Positions 16,885-26,633 of a DNA stretch of 64,000 bases are shown here, one piece after another. This stretch comes from Microcoleaceae cyanobacterium (GTDB lineage Bacteria; Cyanobacteriota; Cyanobacteriia; Cyanobacteriales; Microcoleaceae): the NCBI GenBank assembly GCA_051652765.1, contig JBOFUV010000148.1:32001-96000 (forward strand), read 5' to 3'. Position 1 is the first letter of the stretch, and every line of letters begins with the position of its first letter. The position numbers and the translations under genes are program-made. Below the pieces are notes generated by a model. That model had not been told where the DNA came from. It made no database searches and saw nothing but the letters and a program-made list of their open reading frames with translations.

Positions 16885-17288
16885 AGCTCAGCCTCCCAAT
16901 CTTCATACGTCAAACCCTCAATACGGCCAAACTCGCGGGTGTTGTGCGTCACAAGGGTCAGATCATGCGCTAGTGCAATCGCCCCAATCTGGAGATCGTA
17001 TCCTCCAATTGGAGTCCCCAACGCATTGAGCTGAGATCGTGTCTTCCCAGCAACTTCGGCAGCAGATTCATCAAACGGCAGCACTACAAACTGGGCAAAA
17101 AAACGCGCCAACTTAGATAAATTCTGCTCTGTTTTTGTGCCACGATATGCCCCGTAATACAACTCTAGCTGGACAATCGTGCATAAACCAATCTCTTCTG
17201 GTTTATGTTGAGCTAGTCTTTGGGAGACTGAGAGCACATCGCCATTCAGAAGCTTGATGCAAACATTGGTATCTAGCAGGTACTTCAC
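16881..17288 (-). CDS. vapC: VapC PIN-domain toxin
   Basis: YLLDTNVCI, ELYYGA, PIGGYDLQIGAIAL, LVTHNTREF. Confidence 0.93.
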   Translation of the reverse strand: MKYLLDTNVCIKLLNGDVLSVSQRLAQHKPEEIGLCTIVQLELYYGAYRGTKTEQNLSKLARFFAQFVVLPFDESAAEVAGKTRSQLNALGTPIGGYDLQIGAIALAHDLTLVTHNTREFGRIEGLTYEDWEAEL

Positions 17289-17518
17289 CGTAGTTCTTCC
17301 CGTAATTCATAATCTGGCTGAATGTCCCTCACGAGTTTTTCGCCCTCCCATCCCCCAACTACCTCCTCAAAAAAACCGGGCTGCCAGCTTTTCTGGCTGC
17401 TTGGCAGCGTCTGGCTATATTTGTGATTAACAAACATTACAAAGTCCAGGATCTCTTGTAGCAAACCGTCTGGGGTCTTGTTAATTTCATTCATTAACTG
17501 TTCCTGCATAGATGCCAT
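17285..17518 (-). CDS. Putative VapB-type antitoxin (DUF2281-like)
   Basis: Small acidic ORF with EILDFVMFV and WQPGFFEEVVGGWEGE; GTGA overlap with vapC. Confidence 0.75.
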   Translation of the reverse strand: MASMQEQLMNEINKTPDGLLQEILDFVMFVNHKYSQTLPSSQKSWQPGFFEEVVGGWEGEKLVRDIQPDYELREELR

Positions 17519-18717
17519 ATCAGATAAACTTCCATTTAGAATTAAACTGCCGTCGATCGCTTAATCATTAAACCGATAGATACACCCTGCTGAATATCAA
17601 ATACATTTTCATCCTTTGAACCATTGCTCGCAGTTTCTTTTTTCTTAGAATTACCATGCAAATCCAAAACCCGAATCCAATCAAATGTCTTCGCTAAACT
17701 CTGGCGCATTCCCCGAAAAGTTGGATTGTCTAAATAGCCATGATTCGTCACAAAGGCCAGAATTCCTACGCCCGTCCTATCAATCCGCCACTGTGAAAAG
17801 CGAATAAATTTGACGTAATCATCCTGCAACCATTTAGGGTTCTTCTCACCCAGCGGTAGACCATCAACCATATAGTAATCTTTTACTAAACCACTAACCC
17901 AAGCGCTTTTATTCTCTGAGTGTCCTGAATAAGGAGGATTTCCGACGATCACCATAACTGGCACATCGAGCTTTACACCTACGGCTTCATTGGCTTCATC
18001 CGCAATAAACTCCTGAAATAGCGTTTCCGAGCGCCGCTGAGCATCATCTAGCGTATTGGTTAGATAGACTCCTAGTCGTTTTCCACTATCAAACTGATAT
18101 CCTGTTTCTTCTAAAAACAATCCTAACTTAAGATGCGCGATCGCATAGGGAGCCATCAGCAACTCAAACCCAAAAATACGAGGCAACAATCGTTCTTTCA
18201 CATACCCCGACCACGATTTGTCATCTAAACCCACCGTTAGCAGATCTGGGTTCTCCTGAAACTTTCGATGAATCTCTTGAAAAATCCACAGCAAAAACGT
18301 TCCCGTTCCGCAGGCTGGGTCAAGGATCATCACTTCTGGGTCAGCCAACCCCAACGGTTTATCAAACTTCTCCTTCAGCAGAATATCGACAGACCGCACC
18401 ATGTAAGACACCACTGGTTCCGGCGTGTAGTAAACCCCTCGTCGCTCCCGCATTTTGGGCTTATAGGCTGCCAAAAAGTCTTCATAGAACCGAATCACAA
18501 TATCTTCGCGGTTCATCTTGGCGCGAAAGTCAGCCAAAATCGCATCCATCTTGGCAGCCCTAAGAATGCTAAAAACCTCAGCGATCGCGTCTGCCAGATC
18601 TTCACCCAACTCAGCGATCGGCTGCTGCGACACATCTCGGAATAGCCGTCTCAGAAAAGGGTTCGTCTCCGGCAATCGTTCCCAGGCATTCTGGCGGTTA
18701 AAATCTGTCTCCCGACT

Positions 18718-18755
18718 CCCCTCTCTCCTCTTAGGAGAGGGGTTGGGGGTGAGGG
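18718..18755. repeat. Cyanobacterial palindromic repeat (CCCTCACCCCCAACCCCTCTCC...GGAGAG type) inserted in frame in the MTase
   Basis: CCCCTCTCTCCTCTTAGGAGAGGGGTTGGGGGTGAGGG; translated as TLTPNPSPKRREGS. Confidence 0.8.
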
Positions 18756-19218
18756 TCTGCCGCTTTCGCTCATCCACGGTATAACTAAAGACCCTGGCCG
18801 TAAACAGCCCATAAGAAATTGTCTGAGCGTAGATGTCAGCAAAGCTGTAATCCTTATCGTTATCCGGTTTCAGCTTTAGCGTCGGCAGCAGTTCGCGCTG
18901 AAAGCTGGTCAACAAGGTGTGCAGATATCCATCCGATCGCTCTGCGTTATAAACAGTCGGAATCGCCTGCTCAATTGCGAGACACTTCCGCCAGTTTTTC
19001 AGCCAGTTCCTTAGCGGTTTCGATCGGCTTGTAAAACGCCCACTCAACCAGAGGAATCACCGATAACGCTTTGTTCTGCATCCGATCGGTTCGAGCCAGT
19101 TCAGATTGTCGCAACCGATTTAGCCGCGCCTGCAAATCTTGCTCCGTCCAGGCAAACGATTGAATCTGCCGTTGCCGCAATTTGCCCTCAGACGGCAGCA
19201 CCATCGCAATCCTGCCCT

Positions 19219-19255
19219 CCTCACCCCCAACTCCTCTCCCAGGTTGGGAGAGGGA
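19219..19255. repeat. Second copy of the same palindromic repeat, opposite orientation, in frame
   Basis: CCTCACCCCCAACTCCTCTCCCAGGTTGGGAGAGGGA; translated as SLSQPGRGVGGE. Confidence 0.8.
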
Positions 19256-19729
19256 AGATTCAGGCAGCAGCAGGTACATTACGGGCTGATTTGGCACAAT
19301 TCGACTGGTGTAATGCCCATAGATTTCCTTCTGCTGCTCGTCAGCCGTGAAAAATTGGAGAATTTCATCTTTGCTCAGGTGATGGAGTTCAGTATAGAAA
19401 CCAACGGCGATCGGGCAGGTGTCTGTTGCCTCATTTTCATCCGCTCCAGGTCGCAGAAACCAAAACCGGGAACCTTCTGGGTCACGCTGCTCAACGGGAT
19501 AGCCCAACAGTTGCCGTAGCGCCTCAACTTGGCTTTCTTGAGTCCCAGAAATAACAGATTGTAAATCTACAGCAGACATACAGGGCTGACCCACACAACG
19601 ATCTCCCCATCAGAATAGCTTATGGCTTGATGCTCGACTCAAGTTTTTGATTCATGGCTGTGCCGCTGTTGTAGCGCCTCATGCTAGAGTAAAAATGCCT
19701 GCCTCGACTTTGAACTATAGCTAAGAACC

Positions 19730-20485
19730 GTGGCTAAATTTTCTTTGTCACCGATTGAATTGAGTCCACTCAGTGTGATTTCTGGCACTCTTGGGCCGGA
19801 CAGCTTGTCAGGAACTCCAGAACCAGACACCATTGGTGGCGGGGCAGGGGATGATACGTTATTCGGACTCGAAGGAAATGACAATCTAAACGGCAATAAT
19901 GACAGCGATCTAATCTTTGGAAATCCGGGTGACGATATTATCAATGCCAGTGCCGGAAGAGACACTATCTATGGTGGAAAAGACAATGATCGCATCGATG
20001 CGGCAAGTGGACATCAGGCATTCGGGAACTTGGGCAATGACTTCCTGATTGGCAGTGGCTCTGCTACACTCTTCGGCGGACAGGGAAATGATTCTGTATT
20101 TGGGGGAGATGGAAATCAATTTTTGTCTGGCGATCGCGGTCAGGACACCCTGCGAGGAGATGTAGGAGATGACACCTTTATTGTGGCTAAAACGGCTGAT
20201 CCAGCAGAGATTCCCAATCGCACTGAAAATGCAGATATCATTGCTGGATTTAACAACAACGAAGACAAATTTGCTCTTGTCGGAACAACTTTTGAACAGT
20301 TAATCATTACCGAAATTACGTCTTTAGAGGTTAATGTTATCTTTGGTGCGGGACGTGCAGAAACTGCTTTCTCTCCAGGAACTGTCAAATTTCTCAAGAT
20401 TGAATCGGGTGGAGAAATCTTAGCGGTAACAGGGATTGGACAAGCTAATTTTAATCTCCAAGTTGATGACTTTGTTATTTTTTAA
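19730..20485 (+). CDS. RTX/hemolysin-type calcium-binding repeat protein
   Basis: Multiple GGxGxDxLx nonapeptides (GGAGDDTLF, GGKDNDRI, GGQGNDSVF, GDRGQDTLR). Confidence 0.88.
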   Translation: MAKFSLSPIELSPLSVISGTLGPDSLSGTPEPDTIGGGAGDDTLFGLEGNDNLNGNNDSDLIFGNPGDDIINASAGRDTIYGGKDNDRIDAASGHQAFGNLGNDFLIGSGSATLFGGQGNDSVFGGDGNQFLSGDRGQDTLRGDVGDDTFIVAKTADPAEIPNRTENADIIAGFNNNEDKFALVGTTFEQLIITEITSLEVNVIFGAGRAETAFSPGTVKFLKIESGGEILAVTGIGQANFNLQVDDFVIF

Positions 20486-20511
20486 TGGTAGTTTGAGACT
20501 GATCGGAAAAC

Positions 20512-20715
20512 TATGGCAATCCTAAAAATTCGTGAATTGCTGTTATGAATGGCTGTGGAGTGAGTATCTTACTGACACAGGCTAGAAGCCCGCTCCACAA
20601 ATCTCACACTTCACCCACGATTGTCATACCAAACCCAGTTTGATGAGAGGCAAAACCCAACTAGACCCCTCCCAACCTCCCCTTGGCAAGGGGAGGTGCC
20701 GCAGGCGGTGGGGTG
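20512..20715. repeat. Cluster of MITE/REP-like elements
   Basis: TATGGCAATCCTAAA...GATTGTCATA ends enclose a TGTGGAG...CTCCACA stem, followed by CCCCTCCCAACCTCCCCTTGGCAAGGGGAGGTGCCGCAGGCGGTGGGG. Confidence 0.55.
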
Positions 20716-20772
20716 CTTATTGCTCCTTGGAGATCGGGATCTAACATCAGTTCAGTAACGCCTGAATCTTGA

Positions 20773-21468
20773 CTAGTTTAGCTTGAACTGCCGCTTGAGG
20801 CGACCTGCAAATAACACCAGAGTCGATAAACCTAAAACTGTTCCAGGTTCCGGAACGGCTTCGGGTTCTTTAGCGATCAAGTCATCGATTGGAACATTGT
20901 GCTGAGCGATCACAATTCGAGCATCCGGAGCCGAATTAGCCAGCAACTCTGAAACTTGCTTGAGGCTGTCTCCGCTGAAGAACTGCGGCAGATCCTGAAC
21001 GGTGACATCCGCGATGAATTCTGCGTCATAGCCTTTCCCGGATTCGCCAAATACAGTGTTGCTCGTGAACTGAATCGCCTCTGCTGAGAAATCTTCAAAC
21101 AAACCACCGACAACCTTAAGAGCGTCTGGGCTGGCTTCTGGAAAAACGTCCGTCAGGTTGATTGCCGTGTTGAATCCGGTGAAGATCTCGCTGACTCTGG
21201 CAATCTCGGGATCGAAGAATTCAACCCACCCAAGGGGTTCAAAGATGTTAGGGGGGCAGGACGTACATACAGGGCCGATAATATCCTCTAGATCTAGCAC
21301 AGGGATCTCAAACGTGGTTCGGTCTTCGAGGATGAAGTCTGCAAAGGGTGTCTCAATTCTGGTTGGATACACCACCTCAATTTGCGCTTCGGCCTTTTTT
21401 GTATCAACGACTAGGGTGGAGAGGCCCACAACAGTTGAAAGAACGGCAATTGTAACTTGCTTCAACAT
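20773..21468 (-). CDS. PEP-CTERM sorting domain protein
   Basis: Signal peptide (AEA|Q); C-terminal VPEPGTVLGL + TM + basic tail. Confidence 0.88.
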   Translation of the reverse strand: MLKQVTIAVLSTVVGLSTLVVDTKKAEAQIEVVYPTRIETPFADFILEDRTTFEIPVLDLEDIIGPVCTSCPPNIFEPLGWVEFFDPEIARVSEIFTGFNTAINLTDVFPEASPDALKVVGGLFEDFSAEAIQFTSNTVFGESGKGYDAEFIADVTVQDLPQFFSGDSLKQVSELLANSAPDARIVIAQHNVPIDDLIAKEPEAVPEPGTVLGLSTLVLFAGRLKRQFKLN

Positions 21469-21627
21469 GACTCTCAGACTCCAGGGCTAAAGTTTACAGT
21501 GGATTTGCGGTGATAGCTCTACTGTAAGAACCTTTGCTTCTGAGCAACAGTCCCTTCTTTGAGTGTCACTCATTTGGGGGACTGGACAGATTTTAATCAT
21601 GAGAATCATCACTTTATGAAAATTGTA

Positions 21628-21659
21628 AATTCCCTTTAAATCAAAATTTAAAGGGAATT
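21628..21659. terminator. Perfect hairpin downstream of msrA
   Basis: AATTCCCTTTAAAT-CAAA-ATTTAAAGGGAATT. Confidence 0.6.
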
Positions 21660-21685
21660 GAGGGCAAACTATTAGTTACTAATAA

Positions 21686-22342
21686 TTACGAAGCTACAGT
21701 CATAGCCGGTAACTGAACTTTTGTTCCGCCCAAACCACAGTAACCATTGGGATTCTTGGCCAAATATTGCTGGTGGTACTCTTCCGCATAATAGAACTCT
21801 GGCGCATCTAGAATTTCAGTCGTAATTTTGCCTTGCCCTGCCGCCGTTAACGCTTCCTGATAGGCATCCCTGGACGCTTCTGCGAGTTGGCGTTGTGCTG
21901 CAGAGTAAACGTAGATGCCAGAACGGTATTGAGTGCCTGTATCATTGCCCTGGCGCATTCCTTGGGTCGGGTTGTGGCTCTCCCAGAACAGTTTGAGCAA
22001 TTGTTGGCAGCTAACGACCTGTGGATCGTAAACGACAAGAACGACTTCGTTATGTCCCGTCATTCCGGTGCAGACTTCCTGGTAACTCGGGTTTGGAGTT
22101 CCGCCCGCTGCGTAGCCTACTGCCGTACTGAAAACTCCCTCTGCCTGCCAAAACTTACGCTCTGCCCCCCAGAAGCAGCCCATGCCAAATATTATCGTTT
22201 CCATACCTTGCGGGAAAGGAGGCTTTAGCGGATTGCCATTGACGTAGTGCTTTTCAGGCACGGGCATCTGTGCAGTTCGTCCGGGTAAAGCCTCATTAGG
22301 CCCTGGTATTTCCAACTTTTTGCCGAATCCAAAGAGTCCCAT
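21686..22342 (-). CDS. msrA: Peptide-methionine (S)-S-oxide reductase
   Basis: [34 protein letters not shown]. Confidence 0.97.
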   Translation of the reverse strand: MGLFGFGKKLEIPGPNEALPGRTAQMPVPEKHYVNGNPLKPPFPQGMETIIFGMGCFWGAERKFWQAEGVFSTAVGYAAGGTPNPSYQEVCTGMTGHNEVVLVVYDPQVVSCQQLLKLFWESHNPTQGMRQGNDTGTQYRSGIYVYSAAQRQLAEASRDAYQEALTAAGQGKITTEILDAPEFYYAEEYHQQYLAKNPNGYCGLGGTKVQLPAMTVAS

Positions 22343-22430
22343 AGTGTTCAAGTAGAATTTCTAAATCGTAACTTAATATCACTTAACATTGTAGCGTTTA
22401 GATTGGTTATGATAATTTCTATGCAACCGC

Positions 22431-22982
22431 ATGACTGAACTTCTAGATCAAAATTCCCCAGAGTTCGTAATGAGAGATGTATCTGCCTCAGTCTGTCCAG
22501 TTCCATTTGAACAACGCCCTGTCAACGAATATCTCGAGCTGAGGGAGTCCTGGTTATTCAACTGGGTAACCTTAGACTGGCCTCAATACCTGCGAAAGCT
22601 GAGTTGGGTCTGGGGATGGAGTTGGTTAATCTGTGGCCCTGTCGCGGCTGCGAGCTTTGCTCCCCAGAAATATTGGGTCAAGTTTCTACTGACAGGCGGA
22701 GCAGGTGCAAGCCTGATTTTGACCCTGTTTGTGGTGCGACTTTACCTGGGCTGGGTCTACATCCAATCCCGCCTCAAAAGCCCGATGGTTTTTTATGAGG
22801 AATCAGGCTGGTATGATGGTCAAACCTGGGCAAAAACCCCGGAATTCTTAGCTCAAGACCAATTGATTCTGACTTATCAAGTTCAGCCCCTCCTAATGCG
22901 ACTCCAGCAGACCTTTTGCGGGTTAAGTATGTTAGTTGTTGTTGGCGGGCTGGGTTGGCTTGGTGCTTACTTCACTAATTGA
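22431..22982 (+). CDS. CGLD27 (DUF1230) family membrane protein
   Basis: CPVPFEQRPVNEY, YEESGWYDGQTW. Confidence 0.9.
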   Translation: MTELLDQNSPEFVMRDVSASVCPVPFEQRPVNEYLELRESWLFNWVTLDWPQYLRKLSWVWGWSWLICGPVAAASFAPQKYWVKFLLTGGAGASLILTLFVVRLYLGWVYIQSRLKSPMVFYEESGWYDGQTWAKTPEFLAQDQLILTYQVQPLLMRLQQTFCGLSMLVVVGGLGWLGAYFTN

Positions 22983-22983
22983 A

Positions 22984-23937
22984 ATGACAAGGGCAAGGCG
23001 AACACAAACGGCAGAATTACAAGTTAGGCTTTTACGAGAAGGGATTTCAGAAGCAGTTCATCATGTTCAAGCAACGGTGTGCGACTGTCGCGGTCGAATT
23101 TTGTCTGTTGCGGGGAGTGCTGATACTGGAACATTTGTCCGTTCTGCTCTCAAGCCCTTCCAGGCTCTTGCGATGACCACGACTGGAACTTTAGAGCGCT
23201 ATGACCTGACTGATCGAGATTTGGCCATCGTTTGCAGTTCTCATCAGGGCACTATTGAACAGGCTCGACAAGCGTTTAATATTCTCTGGCGATGTGACAT
23301 TGAACCGGTTCAGCTCAAATGTCCAACCCCTCCAAAACAGCGTAGCCCTCTACAACATGGCTGTTCAGGAAAACATGCAGGCATGTTGGCCGTGTGTAAA
23401 CAGCGACACTGGCCACTCGAAACCTATACTCAGCTCAAGCATCCCGTCCAACAACTCATTCTCAGTAAAATTGCTGAGCTTTTAAAACTTCCAGCGGATG
23501 AATTTATCGGGGCCAGAGACGACTGTACTGCGCCAACTTACTTTATGGAGTTGGGACAAATTGCGACCCTCTATGCTCAGCTTGCCTCCGGTGACAGCCT
23601 GGATATGGAACGGATTGTTCGTGCTATGACTCAGCATTCTGAAATGGTAGCGGGCGAAGGACATTTTGATACAGAATTGATGCGCTTGACCAGTGGAGAG
23701 CTGATCAGTAAATCGGGAGCGGAAGGCGTTCAGTGTGTTGGTCGGATCGGAGAAGGGATGGGTCTAGCAATTAAGGCGCTAGATGGTGCTAAGCGGGCTA
23801 AGTACGCAGTTGCTATCCACGTCTTGAAACAAATGGGTTGGATCACTCCTGCGATCGCTGAGACGTTGTCAGACCAATATTTGACCTTGAGTGATTTTAA
23901 ACGCTTGGAGGTTACTGGAGAACTCTCAATGATTTAG
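22984..23937 (+). CDS. L-asparaginase II family protein
   Basis: RSALKPFQA, SSHQG, CSGKHAGML, SKSGAEG. Confidence 0.9.
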   Translation: MTRARRTQTAELQVRLLREGISEAVHHVQATVCDCRGRILSVAGSADTGTFVRSALKPFQALAMTTTGTLERYDLTDRDLAIVCSSHQGTIEQARQAFNILWRCDIEPVQLKCPTPPKQRSPLQHGCSGKHAGMLAVCKQRHWPLETYTQLKHPVQQLILSKIAELLKLPADEFIGARDDCTAPTYFMELGQIATLYAQLASGDSLDMERIVRAMTQHSEMVAGEGHFDTELMRLTSGELISKSGAEGVQCVGRIGEGMGLAIKALDGAKRAKYAVAIHVLKQMGWITPAIAETLSDQYLTLSDFKRLEVTGELSMI

Positions 23938-24278
23938 GGGTTTGCTTGGGAGTTTGTCCAGGGTTCTTCACTGACAATTGCTGTCATGTTTTTTGCCCCA
24001 TGGACAGCTTAAGCGTTCCGTGACTGTAAAGGCTTCAATTGTTATGAGCATTTATACTCGCTTACTTAAGTCAGTACTTACTTAAGTAAGCACTTAAGGT
24101 GAAACTGAATAAAAATCACTGAATAAAAATTATTGTTAAGATTCAAATCTAGAATTCAAATCTAGAATTCAAAAATTATAAGGCTTCTAAAATAAAGGGT
24201 GTTGCTGTTTGTGTTTCCACAAAAGACTAACAGAACTAAACATCGACAGCACTACTGACGGGACAATTTGGATTCAGT

Positions 24279-25616
24279 TCAGCGAGACTGAACGACCATC
24301 TTCAACGAATTGGGAGGGGCAATTGTTAATCCTCGGCGCACAGGCTTGAGGGACTGATGGTTGACTAAGGTTAAATTCCAATTGACCAGCAGGGTTGCTA
24401 AAACTAATTTCATCTCCATCATTGCCAACGCCGCTCCAATACACCGCCGATGCCCTCCCCCAAAGGGCAAGTATTCAGAAGGCGAAAATTGACGTTCTAG
24501 GAAGCGCTCTGGCCTGAACTGTTTTGGGTTCGGGTACAAATCCTCGCGATGATGCACCAAATAGACCGAGGGAAATAGCACGGTTCCTGCCTCAAACCGA
24601 TATTGCATCACCTGCAACGGCGCAGTCAACTGTCGGACTCCAGTCATCAACGCAATCGGATAAATCCGCAAGGTTTCCTGACACACGGCAGTCAAGTAGG
24701 GCAAGCGATTCACCACATCAGGATCAGGATTTTGTCCCAGGCTCTCCAACTCTTGTTGCAACCTTTCTCCAACCTCTGGCAGATCATGAATCCAGTAAAT
24801 TGCCCAAGCTAGAGCTGAAGCCGTTGTCTCATGTCCCGCCACCAACAAAGTCATCAATTCATCCCGCAACTCCTGCTCCGTCATGGGTTGACCCGCCTCA
24901 TCCCGCGCTGCCAATAGCATAGAGAGGATATCGTGACCAGAACCATTGCCCTGATCCTGGCGATCGCGAATTTCAGCATAAATCAACTGATCCACCTGTT
25001 GCTTTTGGCGCATGAATCGACCCCAAGGACTCCAAGCACCCCAGTCTCGCCGCAACGTCCTAAAGAAAATTAATCCAGCGCCCCAGGGAGAACCCATTAA
25101 ATCCAACAGAGAGCTCAACAACGTCTTGAGCTGGTCGTAGCGTTGACCTTGATCTAGTCCAAAGACCACCTTCAAAATCACACTCAAGGTAATGTCCTGC
25201 ATCACAGACCGCACTGGAATTGGAATTCCAGGGGGAACCTGAGTCATTGCTTCCTGGGTAATTTGGCTAATCAGCTCACTACATGACCGCAGGCGATCGC
25301 CATGAAACGGCGGCATCAGCAATTTGCGCTGACGTTGGTGGCGATCGCCATCCAGTAATAGCACAGAAGTCTCTCCCAACAGGGTTTCCAGCACCCCACC
25401 GGCGACCTGACCTGTTTGAAATTGAGTGGCGGGGGCATTCAGTACAGCTTGAATGGCTTCAGGATGACAGAGGTAAATCGCGGGTTGGGCCGCGCTGCCG
25501 ACGCAGAAGAAGTCCCCATAGCGTTGGTGGTAATCTTCCAGGTACTCTAACGGGCGAGTGACCAGCTTGACCATTCGCCAGAATCGAGGAGTTGTCGGGC
25601 CGTCTGGGAGTTGCAT
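24279..25616 (-). CDS. Cytochrome P450 (CYP110-like)
   Basis: AGHETTA, ETLR, PERF, FGGGHRRCIG. Confidence 0.95.
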   Translation of the reverse strand: MQLPDGPTTPRFWRMVKLVTRPLEYLEDYHQRYGDFFCVGSAAQPAIYLCHPEAIQAVLNAPATQFQTGQVAGGVLETLLGETSVLLLDGDRHQRQRKLLMPPFHGDRLRSCSELISQITQEAMTQVPPGIPIPVRSVMQDITLSVILKVVFGLDQGQRYDQLKTLLSSLLDLMGSPWGAGLIFFRTLRRDWGAWSPWGRFMRQKQQVDQLIYAEIRDRQDQGNGSGHDILSMLLAARDEAGQPMTEQELRDELMTLLVAGHETTASALAWAIYWIHDLPEVGERLQQELESLGQNPDPDVVNRLPYLTAVCQETLRIYPIALMTGVRQLTAPLQVMQYRFEAGTVLFPSVYLVHHREDLYPNPKQFRPERFLERQFSPSEYLPFGGGHRRCIGAALAMMEMKLVLATLLVNWNLTLVNHQSLKPVRRGLTIAPPNSLKMVVQSR

Positions 25617-25804
25617 AGATGGGTTCCTGGGGTGAGTTTTCTAGTATTTTTTAAGGGTCTTTTGTGGTTTTCTATTTAACAACTTATGCCAAATTTCTGA
25701 GAGACTTCTGACAACTTAATCAGCCCAGTTTAATGGCTCTTCTCCATAATTTTCCCCCCGCTGCAACCCAGTCGCTTATTCCGGGTTTAACTCCTTAGCC
25801 CTGT

Positions 25805-26485
25805 CTAGTTGCTGTTGAAAGGCGGAATTTCGGGAGAGGATAAGCCAGTTTGTAAGGTGGTAAGCACTTGAGACATCTCTCCTGCCAAGAGCGCTGTTGC
25901 GGCTAACCATAGCCCTGGAAATACCCGACTTTGAATCACGCTATCGTCTGTAGCCAGAGAAATGTACTCGCCGCCTTCCAGAAAAAACCAATCCAATCTG
26001 CGATCGCTCACCTGCCAAACAATATATTCTTTGACTCCATTACGTCGATAAGCTCGTTTTTTGTCCCGCAGATCAATGGTGGCGGTGCTGGCAGAAATCT
26101 CGGCAACGAGTTCCGGCGCACCTGCAATATAACCATCAGAACTGAGACAGGATTGCCCTCCCCATTGGCGATCAATCAACAACACAGCATCGGGCTGAGG
26201 TTCGTTGTCGAGGTCTAGCCGCACCGTAGGATTGTCGCCTAAACGAACCCCCGGAGTCGCAACTTTGTAAGTTCCTAACCAGATCATTAAGTCGGCATGG
26301 GGTTCGGCGTGGGGCTCAAATCTCAGGGGAGAGGCCATGTAGACAATTCCTTCAATCAGTTCGGCTTTTTTGAGATTAGGCATGGCTGTGTAGCGTCGTT
26401 CAAATTCTGGATAGGTGAGACAATCACCATTCTCCAAGGGCGGAGTGGAAGTACACATGTTCTCTGGGCGCTGAATTGTCACCAT
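25805..26485 (-). CDS. Uma2 family endonuclease
   Basis: AELIEG.VYM, EPQPD, PELVAEI, Y.RNGVKEY. Confidence 0.92.
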   Translation of the reverse strand: MVTIQRPENMCTSTPPLENGDCLTYPEFERRYTAMPNLKKAELIEGIVYMASPLRFEPHAEPHADLMIWLGTYKVATPGVRLGDNPTVRLDLDNEPQPDAVLLIDRQWGGQSCLSSDGYIAGAPELVAEISASTATIDLRDKKRAYRRNGVKEYIVWQVSDRRLDWFFLEGGEYISLATDDSVIQSRVFPGLWLAATALLAGEMSQVLTTLQTGLSSPEIPPFNSN

Positions 26486-26633
26486 CTTTGCCTCCGATAA
26501 TTCCTGTAGCTCTCTGCCCGATTGACTGATTTAAGGAACGCCAAATACCCTTAATCTCCCAGCCAAAGTTAACCTTCTCTCATTTTAGGTTCTGATCAAG
26601 TTCCGAGTCAGAGTTAATGGGTTTAAATCTTTT

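Larger units (their letters stand above)
17542..19579 (-). pseudogene. Type ISP/IIG-like N6-adenine DNA methyltransferase, frameshifted near 18975
   Basis: YEDFLAAY, GVYYTPEPVV, ILDPACGTGTF, GNPPY, DDYVKF, FDIQQGV. The upstream ORF (19579-18971) joins the MTase frame at ...GTG TCT CGC A ATT GAG CAG. Confidence 0.85.
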
